In this document: piece after piece, positions 6,619 through 14,892 of the stretch
Layout of the letters: each line of letters opens with the position of its first letter
Numbering within the stretch: position 1 is the first letter of the stretch
DNA from: Candidatus Heimdallarchaeota archaeon
GTDB taxonomy: Archaea > Asgardarchaeota > Heimdallarchaeia > Heimdallarchaeales > Heimdallarchaeaceae
Length of the DNA stretch: 14,892 nt
Direction of reading: 5' to 3'
Assembly (NCBI GenBank): GCA_030668875.1
Contig: DAOVER010000063.1
Location: 1-14,892, forward strand
Position numbers and translations under genes: made by a program
The notes under the pieces: generated by a model
Seen by the model: only the letters and a program-made list of their open reading frames with translations
Told to the model about the DNA's origin: nothing
Database searches by the model: none

Positions 6619-7116
6619 CTATTTTCCTACTGTTCTCCTTATCAAGTAATTAGCAACAAATTCCAGTGCAGGTGCTAGTTGGTAGACAGATCTTATAATA
6701 TCCTCTCTCTCAGAAAATTTTTCACGATTAGATCTACAAGCATAGAATCGTAATACAACCCTTCCAGGACTGGTTTCAAAGTTAAAAATCTCCAAACCTT
6801 GTTGTCTTGGGATAGATTTTACTTTCTCTTGTAGTGTTCCTAATAAACTATTTTGGATATCTTCTAACTCTCCAGGATACAAACCAACGCCTTCTATCTC
6901 TATAATTCCATATTTACCTTTGAAATATCCACAGAAAAGTTTCACTAAACCAGATGTACAGACAGCATCAATTTTATAATCTGTACTAAAATCACATTTC
7001 TTAAAATAATCAACGCAGAGATCTTCTATTACATAAATTCCATCTTCAATAAGACAAGATTCAAGGTTAACTTTGCGACCTGCATTGGGCATTTGAGAGA
7101 ATTGATATAGATTCAT
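6619..7116 (-). CDS. Hypothetical protein
   Basis: Long ORF with protein-like composition. The ORF-track start at 7239 overlaps the upstream gene and its T-rich terminator, so ATG at 7116 (or 7092) is more plausible. No recognised motif. Confidence 0.65.
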   Translation of the reverse strand: MNLYQFSQMPNAGRKVNLESCLIEDGIYVIEDLCVDYFKKCDFSTDYKIDAVCTSGLVKLFCGYFKGKYGIIEIEGVGLYPGELEDIQNSLLGTLQEKVKSIPRQQGLEIFNFETSPGRVVLRFYACRSNREKFSEREDIIRSVYQLAPALEFVANYLIRRTVGK

Positions 7117-7159
7117 TCTTATATTTTGTTGTTGGGATACGTAACCTTCTAAAAAAGGA

Positions 7160-7186
7160 ATACATAAGAAGAGAGAAAAAAAGATA
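7160..7186 (-). terminator. T-rich archaeal-type terminator
   Basis: Pyrimidine/T tract on the minus strand directly after the TAA at 7187-7189. Confidence 0.5.
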
Positions 7187-8782
7187 TTAAAGAGGAGGCT
7201 GAAGTTTTCTATCTGGAGGATATCTAACACTATAATCAAAAATTATTTTTATTTCCTCTTCTTTTTTAAGTTCAAATTCCCATTCATAAACTCCTTGATT
7301 TTTCTCATTAGGTTCAATATTTAGGTCATTAATCTCAACATCAATATTCTCATCTAAGGAATGTGGGAATCTATCAATTAACTTGAGTTTGCAAGGAGAT
7401 TCTACTTGATTCTGGATCTTAATCTCATAACCAAAGTCCATCTCGCGTTTGCCTTTAATCAAACCTTTCTTCTGAACCTCTCGATGTACAAGTTTCTTAT
7501 CGATTTTAAGGTCATAGCTTTCAATAATTCCAAGTGTAAATTTCTCTTTAGGATGAATGGTTTCAAGATAGCTTTGACTGATATATTCACCTGCTATGAA
7601 CACTTTGGCATTTCCAGGTAACAGGAAATATTGGTCGTTTTCAAGTTCATGTGTCATAATGAGTTTTGGCTGAGTTGAACTCCAGTAATAAGATTTCTCC
7701 AATTTAAGATCAAAGTGATCTAAGTGTAAAGTTTTTGGAGTATTACCGGATGGTATAGCATGTTTTCCGCTTAATTCAAACCTTTGATGACCAGTTTGCG
7801 ATATAGATATTTCACCTTCTTGATAAACCATCGCAGGTGCTTCAGCAGCAGGAGCTGGTGCTCCAGGAGCTAGTACTTCTTCCATTTCTGCAAAATCATC
7901 TAAAGCCATCTTAGCTGATTTTATAACTGCTCCCCCAGCAGCTCTTGACTTCTTCTTCACTCTTGGAGAATATAATGGCGCAAGTCTTAGATAGAAAGGA
8001 GATACTGTGTCAATTGATACTGGTTTTCTTGTTCCAGTTGTTACGATTATGTTAACGTTTTTCCAGTCAAATCCGCTGAAATTGAATATCTTAGCTAATC
8101 TCTGAACAGAAGCTGTTTCTTTTAGAAGATCAACTATGTACAATGGATCCCATCTAGCTTGACTAATTGAGTAACCAACTTCTAATTTAATTGAACCAGC
8201 AGTTTGGACATCCAAGGTAATGTCGACCTCATAAAATTGAGAATCTGAGTGTGAAAGTTGATTTCTCTTTGCTCTGAGGATTTTGACTTCTTCATGTAAA
8301 TCTTCTATCTCATTTTCGAGCTTTATTTCTTTAGCTTTTTCTGTTCTTGCTCCTTTCTGGTAATAGGCATAGTAACTGTCAAAATCAGCAGCTGTAAGGC
8401 CTTTTCTAAGACCCCATTCCCCAAATCCTCTACCTATCTCTTGTATTGTCTCATCTAGAGTAGTCATTGAAATCTCAATGACACTCTTTTCTCTTTCTTT
8501 AGCAACAATTTTTTTCTCGATTTTCTTAATTCTGTGATCAATTTCACTAACATCTTTATCCTCAATCTCTAAATATTCTATGCGAGGGGCCACGTCAATA
8601 AGAGTAATTTTCCCTTTCCCTTTAACTCTAACAGAATCACTATCTAAGTGCTCTGATAGTTTTGTTAAAGTGACAATCTGTTCACCTTTAGCGAGCTCCA
8701 TTTTTCCTATGTGAGTTAGAATGGCCCCATCTGTTAGAACAGTGACATGTTTTAATGGTAATTCAAATTTATTCATGAGCAA
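7187..8782 (-). CDS. DUF4140/DUF4139 domain protein (mucoidy inhibitor MuiA-like family)
   Basis: N-terminal VTVLTDGAILT...LDSDSVRV (DUF4140), long coiled coil, ARWDPLY...NFSGFDWKNVNIIVTT and LLPGNAKVFIAGEYI (DUF4139). Confidence 0.88.
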   Translation of the reverse strand: MLMNKFELPLKHVTVLTDGAILTHIGKMELAKGEQIVTLTKLSEHLDSDSVRVKGKGKITLIDVAPRIEYLEIEDKDVSEIDHRIKKIEKKIVAKEREKSVIEISMTTLDETIQEIGRGFGEWGLRKGLTAADFDSYYAYYQKGARTEKAKEIKLENEIEDLHEEVKILRAKRNQLSHSDSQFYEVDITLDVQTAGSIKLEVGYSISQARWDPLYIVDLLKETASVQRLAKIFNFSGFDWKNVNIIVTTGTRKPVSIDTVSPFYLRLAPLYSPRVKKKSRAAGGAVIKSAKMALDDFAEMEEVLAPGAPAPAAEAPAMVYQEGEISISQTGHQRFELSGKHAIPSGNTPKTLHLDHFDLKLEKSYYWSSTQPKLIMTHELENDQYFLLPGNAKVFIAGEYISQSYLETIHPKEKFTLGIIESYDLKIDKKLVHREVQKKGLIKGKREMDFGYEIKIQNQVESPCKLKLIDRFPHSLDENIDVEINDLNIEPNEKNQGVYEWEFELKKEEEIKIIFDYSVRYPPDRKLQPPL

Positions 8783-8877
8783 GTTATATCGGAAATGAAT
8801 ATTAAAATATAACTGCTGAACAGATTTATTGTAACAATTTACCTCTAGGTTTTAATATACTGCTAGGAGAGTAACAT

Positions 8878-9567
8878 GTGATAAGAATGAGTGATATCTT
8901 TACAATTAAACTAGGATTTATGAAGAGTTTTTTGATTAAATCTGAAACTGGTTATGTTCTTATTGACGCTGGTTATCCTAATAAAGAGCAAAAATTGTGG
9001 AATTTTCTTAAAAAGAAGAAAATCAATCCTGAAGAGATTAATTTAGTGGTTGTTACTCATGGACATTATGATCATTTTGGTAGCCTCGCGAAAATCGTAG
9101 AGAAAACCAATGCAAAAATCATTGTTCATGAAAATGATCAAGAGATGTTGAAGAAAGGAAAGAGTGGAAAAATAACATTACGCACTAAGTGGGGGAAAAT
9201 TCTTGAGAAATTAATGGGCAAACAAATGAGAAAAATATCTGTTACACCAATAAAACCAGATATTGTTATTACTGACAATTATTCACTGGAAGAATACGGA
9301 ATAAAAGGAAAAATTCTACACACTCCAGGGCATACAGATGGTTCCATTTCTGTTGTTTTAAATTCTAAAATTGCCTTTATCGGTGATTTAACTCATGGCT
9401 TTCCACTGAGAGGTAAAACAGATTTTCCTTTTGTTGCTGAAAATCTTGAAGATGTTTTCCAAAGTTGGAAGAAATTATTAGATGAAGGAGTTGAACTGTT
9501 TTATCAAGCTCATGGCAAGGAATTCAAAAGAGAGCTCTTGTTGAAAAGATTAAGAGAGCGAAAATAA
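8878..9567 (+). CDS. MBL-fold metallo-hydrolase
   Basis: LIDAG, THGHYDHFG (HxHxDH), HTPGHT, GDL and a C-terminal H; AGGAGAG site upstream. Confidence 0.92.
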   Translation: MIRMSDIFTIKLGFMKSFLIKSETGYVLIDAGYPNKEQKLWNFLKKKKINPEEINLVVVTHGHYDHFGSLAKIVEKTNAKIIVHENDQEMLKKGKSGKITLRTKWGKILEKLMGKQMRKISVTPIKPDIVITDNYSLEEYGIKGKILHTPGHTDGSISVVLNSKIAFIGDLTHGFPLRGKTDFPFVAENLEDVFQSWKKLLDEGVELFYQAHGKEFKRELLLKRLRERK

Positions 9568-9788
9568 TCTTTTGGTATAATATTTTTCTAGTTATTTTAA
9601 CCTAGGGTTATACATTGTGTAATGCAGAACTAGTGTCGTGCTATTTTTTGTTCATTTTAAGCATAATTTAAAAATAATATTTATTGTCGGGATTTAAAAA
9701 GCGTGAAATTGTATTCCAAGCACTTTGTGTTTATCGGTGTTGTGGGTATGTCTAGTTGTAAATTATATAACCAAAATGATTATAACTG

Positions 9789-10412
9789 ATGAATGAGTAT
9801 CATATTATTAGACTAATTTGTTTGATGAAAATGAAAATCGATAAAACATACAAAATCACCTTGATTGGTGACGGAGCTGTAGGAAAAACTTCCATTCGTC
9901 GTTCTTACTTAGGTGAGACTTTTGAGGGAAATTATAGTCTTACATTAGGCTCTGATTTTGCTACCAAAACTATGCAAGTATTTGATCTCACTGTCAATAT
10001 GATTATATGGGATCTTGCAGGTCAACCGCGCTTCAAAGCTGTTAGAGAAGGATTTTATCGAGGAACTAAGGGAACTTTACTAGTCTATGATATAACAAGA
10101 AAAGATACATATGAAAACATCCCACGATGGATTATGGAACTACTGAAAAATAATGGAAATAAAAAAGTTCCAATGATTCTAATTGGAAATAAATCTGATT
10201 TGAGAGGGTCATTGTACAAAACTATTCCATCTGACCATGGAGAAACCTATGCTAAAGAATTAGGTTTATGGAGTGGTTTTGATGTTCCATACATTGAAAC
10301 TTCTGCTAAATTTGGTGATAATATAGAACAACCTTTTGAAACATTAATCAAACAGATTATCAAAACAGATCAAATGAAAACTATAACTAGTTATTTGCAA
10401 GGAGAATTGTGA
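9789..10412 (+). CDS. Rab-like small GTPase (Ras superfamily, eukaryotic signature protein)
   Basis: G1 GDGAVGKT, G2 TLGSDF, G3 WDLAGQ, G4 GNKSD, G5 ETSAK and RFKAVREGFYRG. The start may be a later Met (MKMKIDK). Confidence 0.93.
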   Translation: MNEYHIIRLICLMKMKIDKTYKITLIGDGAVGKTSIRRSYLGETFEGNYSLTLGSDFATKTMQVFDLTVNMIIWDLAGQPRFKAVREGFYRGTKGTLLVYDITRKDTYENIPRWIMELLKNNGNKKVPMILIGNKSDLRGSLYKTIPSDHGETYAKELGLWSGFDVPYIETSAKFGDNIEQPFETLIKQIIKTDQMKTITSYLQGEL

Positions 10413-10434
10413 GATCTTCTTTTTCTTTGTATAC

Positions 10435-12783
10435 TTATTCCCAAAATCGTTTAATTTTTCTCATTAAATCTTCTTTTCCAGAGATTCTTGGAACACTATC
10501 CCAATGCTTTGGAAACAGTCTCTCATATGTTATAGATGAGTATCTGTCTCCAATTAGTAACACTACTCCTCTATCCGTTTCTGTTCGAATTACTCTTCCA
10601 ATTGCTTGTAGAACCCTATTCATACCTGGATAAGTGTATGCAAAGAGAAATCCTTTCCCATTTTTCTTATCAAAGTATTCCTTTAGAAGATTTTGTTCCA
10701 GACCCACTTTAGGTAATCCCACTCCCACTATCACAGCTCCAGAAAGTTTCTCTCCAATAAGATCTATTCCTTCACCAAATATCCCTCCCATAACAACAAA
10801 ACCAATCAGGGATTTTTTACCAAATTTGGAGAATTCATTGAGAAAAATCTCCCTTTCATTTTCAGTCATTCCAGGGGTTTGTTTGATTATCTTCGCCTTT
10901 ACATTAAGTTTAAGGAAATGTTGGAATGCCTCTTCCATGTAAGCGTAAGATGGGAAAAATATCAAAAAGTTACCCGTTTTACCTTTTGCTATCACTCCTA
11001 CAAGTTTTGCAATTTCATCATATGAATATTCTCTCATTGTGTATTTTGTAGAAACATAATCAGCAATGTATAATCCGAGATTTTCTCTAGGGAATGGTGA
11101 ATTTAGTAGTAGTTTTGCTGAATTATTATCTCCTCCAAGTAATTCTTGGAAATAACTTGCAGGTGTTAGTGTAGCAGAAAAGAATATAGCGTTTTTTCCT
11201 TTTTTTAATGCTTTTTTCAATAATTTTGATGGATCTAAACAATAAAGCCTAATTCTCACATTATTTTTGTATTTCTTGAAATAGGTAAGGAATCGTTGGT
11301 CATAATCCTCAACAACTCTCAGGAAGTTTCTTGCTTCAAAATAGAACTCCAACAATTTCTCTCGAAAGCTGGAATAAATGTTTAATTCTAACCATACTTC
11401 AGCATCTCGAGAAAATTTCCTTAAATCAGCAATGAACTCTTTAGACGGTAGATCTTTTTGCACATGAGAATATGTACCATTTTTCTCACACATCTTCCTT
11501 GCTACAATCATATGTTGATTAAGTTTGTTCAATAAAGAAGATAATTTTGGAACATCTGTTTTGGTTGCTCTTCTCAAATCTAAAATTGGTTTTTTCATTA
11601 AATCTGCTGAGAACATCTCTCTAGATCTGTCAACTAGATTATGAGCTTCATCGATAAGAAAGGTGAAATCACCCTTATCCTCTAAGAAGAATCTCCTGAG
11701 ATAAACTCGAGGATCAAAAACATAATTATAATCACATATGATACAATCACTCCACAGTGTTAAATCCAAAGAAAATTCAAAAGGACACACTTGATGTTTT
11801 CTTGCATATTTCTCAATATTTTCTCTTGTAAAAGAATCTTGTGAATAGATGTCCTCGATTGCATTGTTTACTCGATCAAAATGCCCTCGTGCATACTCAC
11901 AATAAACTGGGTCACAATTGTCTTTCTCTTTAAAACAAATTTTCGCTTTAGCCGTTATTGTAACTGATTTGAGTTTAAGTGATTTCTTTCTGAGAATAGA
12001 AAGTGTTTCTTCAGCTATAAAACGTGTAGTTGTTTTAGCTGTAAGATAGAATATTTTGGAATCTAAACCATTATTTAATGATTTAATCGCAGGATAAAGA
12101 ACTGCTATAGTTTTGCCTATGCCAGTTGGTGCTTGACAGAAGAGCTTCTGTTGGTTTTTTAGCACGTCAGTTGTTACTTTAACCATCTTATCTTGACCCT
12201 TTCTATATGCAGGAAATGGAAATTTAACCGTCTTTATACTCTTATTCCTAGTTTCAAGCCATTTGAAAACAGAGAATGCCCACCCTAAATATTTGTCAAC
12301 TAAATCTAGACATTTTGTTTTGAGTTCATCTAGTCTATATGTTTTAACGAAGGATCTGGTTTTCTTTGTGTCTAAGTTGAAATAAGTGAGTTGTATGTTA
12401 ATTATTTTGAGATTATTTTGTTTAGAGTAAATGTACCCATAGCAAATTGCTTGAGCCCAATAGTTCTCATTGGATTTTTCTTTAATGCTTGACAAAGTTC
12501 TTTGAGTAGTCTTAATTTCTTCGAGAAACGTCTGACCATTTTCCTCGAAAATACCATCAATTCTCCCCCCTAAATGTAATATGCATTTGTCTCTCTCAAT
12601 TAGTTCTTTTACAGAAACTTCTTTTCTATACTTGGGTCCTCTCTTCTTTTGAACATACTGATGACCCTTTGTTCCTTCCGCTAATCGAGAACGCTGGAAA
12701 TATCCCACAGATATGTCTCCTTTACGTAAAACGTAAGAAACTAAATTCCGGACGGATACCTTAATTGTGGGTTTGGGAACCAT
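10435..12783 (-). CDS. XPD/Rad3/DinG-family Fe-S helicase with N-terminal PD-(D/E)xK (RecB-like) nuclease domain
   Basis: Nuclease motifs GHQYVQ, GRIDG, EEIKT and QAICY. Helicase motifs QAPTGIGKT, IDEAHNL, SATL, GGIFGEGID and QAIGRVIR. Four Fe-S cysteines (KIC, NCD, YCE, VCP). Confidence 0.92.
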   Translation of the reverse strand: MVPKPTIKVSVRNLVSYVLRKGDISVGYFQRSRLAEGTKGHQYVQKKRGPKYRKEVSVKELIERDKCILHLGGRIDGIFEENGQTFLEEIKTTQRTLSSIKEKSNENYWAQAICYGYIYSKQNNLKIINIQLTYFNLDTKKTRSFVKTYRLDELKTKCLDLVDKYLGWAFSVFKWLETRNKSIKTVKFPFPAYRKGQDKMVKVTTDVLKNQQKLFCQAPTGIGKTIAVLYPAIKSLNNGLDSKIFYLTAKTTTRFIAEETLSILRKKSLKLKSVTITAKAKICFKEKDNCDPVYCEYARGHFDRVNNAIEDIYSQDSFTRENIEKYARKHQVCPFEFSLDLTLWSDCIICDYNYVFDPRVYLRRFFLEDKGDFTFLIDEAHNLVDRSREMFSADLMKKPILDLRRATKTDVPKLSSLLNKLNQHMIVARKMCEKNGTYSHVQKDLPSKEFIADLRKFSRDAEVWLELNIYSSFREKLLEFYFEARNFLRVVEDYDQRFLTYFKKYKNNVRIRLYCLDPSKLLKKALKKGKNAIFFSATLTPASYFQELLGGDNNSAKLLLNSPFPRENLGLYIADYVSTKYTMREYSYDEIAKLVGVIAKGKTGNFLIFFPSYAYMEEAFQHFLKLNVKAKIIKQTPGMTENEREIFLNEFSKFGKKSLIGFVVMGGIFGEGIDLIGEKLSGAVIVGVGLPKVGLEQNLLKEYFDKKNGKGFLFAYTYPGMNRVLQAIGRVIRTETDRGVVLLIGDRYSSITYERLFPKHWDSVPRISGKEDLMRKIKRFWE

Positions 12784-13517
12784 TATCTAACACTCTTTGT
12801 TTTAACAAATTCGAGTAGTATATAATACTAGTTAAGAGAAAGTGTAGGTTTTGATATAAAAAGAAAGATAGTTTTTTGTAAGAATCAAATAACGATAAGA
12901 GAAGAATAAATATTTCAGAAGATTTGATGAGTTCTTTTCACCATTTAGCGGATTTATTGAATTTTCTATTCACTTTGAAGCTGTATCATTTTCAATGGGA
13001 TTCCTCTGACTTCTAACAATAGAATTATAATTCATAAATCGGATTTATGCCTATATTTAATATCTTTGTAGGTTAAAATATGAAAAATCCATTAAAACAG
13101 TCCAAAGCCTCAATTAGACAATTTGTATGTGTTATACTATTAATTTTTGTAATAAGCATGTCCTCTAATATGAAAGTAAATGCTACAAACGTCTCTCATG
13201 ACCCACCATCTTGCTCTTCTCTGATTCCACATGATTCTATTGAAATTACTTCTGATAGTGGTTTTTTAGTTTTTCCTGGTTCAGGAATAGTAGAAGATCC
13301 TTATCTTATTGAAGGATACAATATTACGACACCGAGTGCAAGTGGAATTTATATTGAGGGTACAACGAAACATTTCGTTGTTCGTAACTGTTATGTAGAT
13401 GCATTAAGCTATGGTATTCGTATCTATAATGTAGCTTCTGGAACAGCAACTATCGAGAATAACATGATCAACAACAACGACATGGGCATCTTTCTTTCCT
13501 CTTATGATTCTTCCACT

Positions 13518-13623
13518 GTTTCCAACAACACTTGTAGCAATAACATTTATGGCATCTATCTTTCCAATTTTGGTTCTTCTACCGTTTCCAACAACACTTG
13601 TAGCAATAACATTTATGGCATCT
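13518..13623 (+). repeat. Two identical 40-bp copies at 66-bp period within the beta-helix gene
   Basis: GTTTCCAACAACACTTGTAGCAATAACATTTATGGCATCT at 13518-13557 and 13584-13623. Confidence 0.95.
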
Positions 13624-14186
13624 GGCTTGAGTCTTCTGCTAGTTCTACTGTTGTAAACAACACCTGTAACTTCAACAATGTAAATGGGATCATGCTTTGG
13701 GCTTCCGCTAGTTCCACTGTTATAAACAACATTTGTAACAATAACAACTATGGCATTGGCGTGTTTCAACATTCTGATAGTTCTACTATTGCCAACAATA
13801 CTTGTAGCAACAACAACGAATATGGTATCTGGTTTAGGGATTCTGATAGTTCTACAGTGGCCAACAACACTTGTAGCAACAACGACTGGTATGGCATCTC
13901 TCTTGAAGAGTCTGATTTTTGTGTTGTTACTTACAATCTCTTACAAGAAAATGAAAACTATGGAGTATACTTATATTTAGATTCTGATAATAATCTTGTT
14001 CATCATAATACCTTTGTAGACAATAATCTAGGCGGAACTTCCCAAGCAATAGATAGTGGAGCTAACAACTACTGGTATGATACTGTAGCTTTGGAAGGTA
14101 ATTACTACAATGATTGGTCAGGAACCGGTTCTTATTCTATTGATGGTTCTGCTGGTTCTATTGATCTCTATCCTCTTGATGGCTCC

Positions 14187-14210
14187 CCATCTGACCCTCC
14201 ATCTGACCCC
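14187..14210 (+). repeat. 12-bp tandem repeat encoding a PSDP-PSDP linker
   Basis: CCATCTGACCCT followed by CCATCTGACCCC, between the two beta-helix modules. Confidence 0.85.
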
Positions 14211-14751
14211 CCACTTATCCCACATGCTTCGATATCAATTACTTCTGATATTGGATTTGCGGTTTTTCCCGGTTCAGGAACAGCTGAAGATCCTTATCTT
14301 ATTGAAGGGTATAACATTACAACAACAGATACTATTGGTATTCATATATCTGGTACAACAAAATATTTCGTTGTTCATAATTGCTATGTTAACGCAAATG
14401 ATTATGGCATTTATATCGATAATGTAGCTGCTGGTACAGCAATTATCATTAGCAACACTTGCAACAACAATAACTTAAGAGGTATCTATATTTACGAGTC
14501 TAGCAGTTCTACTGTTGCCAACAATACTTGTATCAACAACTGTGAATATGGTATTTATCTTGGGGATTCTGTTAGTTCAACTGTTTCCAACAACACTTGT
14601 AGCAACAATAACCTTTATGGCATCTATCTTGACTCTTCTGGCAGTTCTACTGTTTCTAACAACTTTTGTAGCTATAACAACGATGGCATCCTGCTTTACT
14701 GGTCTGTTAATTCTGATGTTACTAACAATATGTGCAACAATAATGATGATT

Positions 14752-14892
14752 ACGCACGTTATGAAACTTGGTTAAACTTGCCAGAGGCGGTTTAACCGTC
14801 GTTTAAGTGGGTCCCCTCACGTGCGTTGAGGGGAAGAATCATGAGGATCATGATTGGGGAAGGAAGGAAGGGAGTGCGCATTTACTCCGACA
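14752..14892 (+). mobile_element. End of the same unclassified multicopy element (copy 2, runs off the window end)
   Basis: 138/141 nt identical to the reverse complement of 197-337; begins abruptly inside a beta-helix repeat. Confidence 0.85.

Larger units (their letters stand above)
13080..14795 (+). pseudogene. Secreted right-handed beta-helix (NosD/CASH-type) repeat protein, 3'-truncated by the terminal element
   Basis: Signal peptide, many 22-aa S-S-T-V-x-N-N-T-C-x-N-N-x-Y-G-I repeats, and a duplicated GSG-x-x-EDPYLIEGYNITT module. The second module is cut at about 14752 and ends in element-derived ARYETWLNLPEAV*. Confidence 0.85.

Noticed and set aside
7117-7239. Hydrophobic N-terminal extension of the 6619 ORF
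   Set aside because: It overlaps the DUF4139 gene end, and its apparent TM segment is just the translated T-rich terminator.
13500-14750. Diversity-generating retroelement TR/VR pair or CRISPR array in the AAC-rich repeats
   Set aside because: Repeats are in-frame protein coils with differences at non-adenine and synonymous positions; there is no spacer structure and no RT or cas gene in the window.
1-14892. Whole window as a composite transposon
   Set aside because: Both repeats cut genes whose remainders lie outside the window and both run off the edges; independent insertions with assembly breaks at repeats are simpler.

Overview
AT-rich archaeal DNA, most likely an Asgard archaeon. The Asgard call is inference from a Rab-like GTPase, GGTGA-type ribosome-binding sites, TATA boxes with T-rich terminators, and secreted beta-helix and C-terminally anchored surface proteins. 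Ordinary content: a DMT/EamA transporter, membrane and secreted hypotheticals, an intact IS481-family element (2952-3955), PadR, a GyrI-like protein, a NimA/pyridoxamine-oxidase-like flavoprotein, a DUF4139/4140 protein, an MBL-fold hydrolase, a Rab-like small GTPase and a PD-(D/E)xK nuclease-XPD/DinG helicase fusion. The most striking feature is that both ends of the window carry the same unclassified element in inverted orientation: 1-337 on the minus strand and 14752-14892 on the plus strand, 138/141 nt identical over the overlap. Each copy interrupts a different secreted-protein gene (an ABC substrate-binding protein and a NosD/CASH beta-helix protein), in the sense orientation and the same codon phase, so both proteins end in ARYETWLNLP(K/E)AV*. 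The first ~290 nt of the element are densely base-paired: hairpins, a three-way junction and two possible pseudoknots, one pairing the element/target junction to a hairpin loop. A candidate ORF start follows (MEENWRGINHHHLNMQ..., cut off by the window edge) that weakly resembles the N-terminus of group II intron reverse transcriptases. The element's enzyme lies outside the window, so its class cannot be fixed from this sequence.
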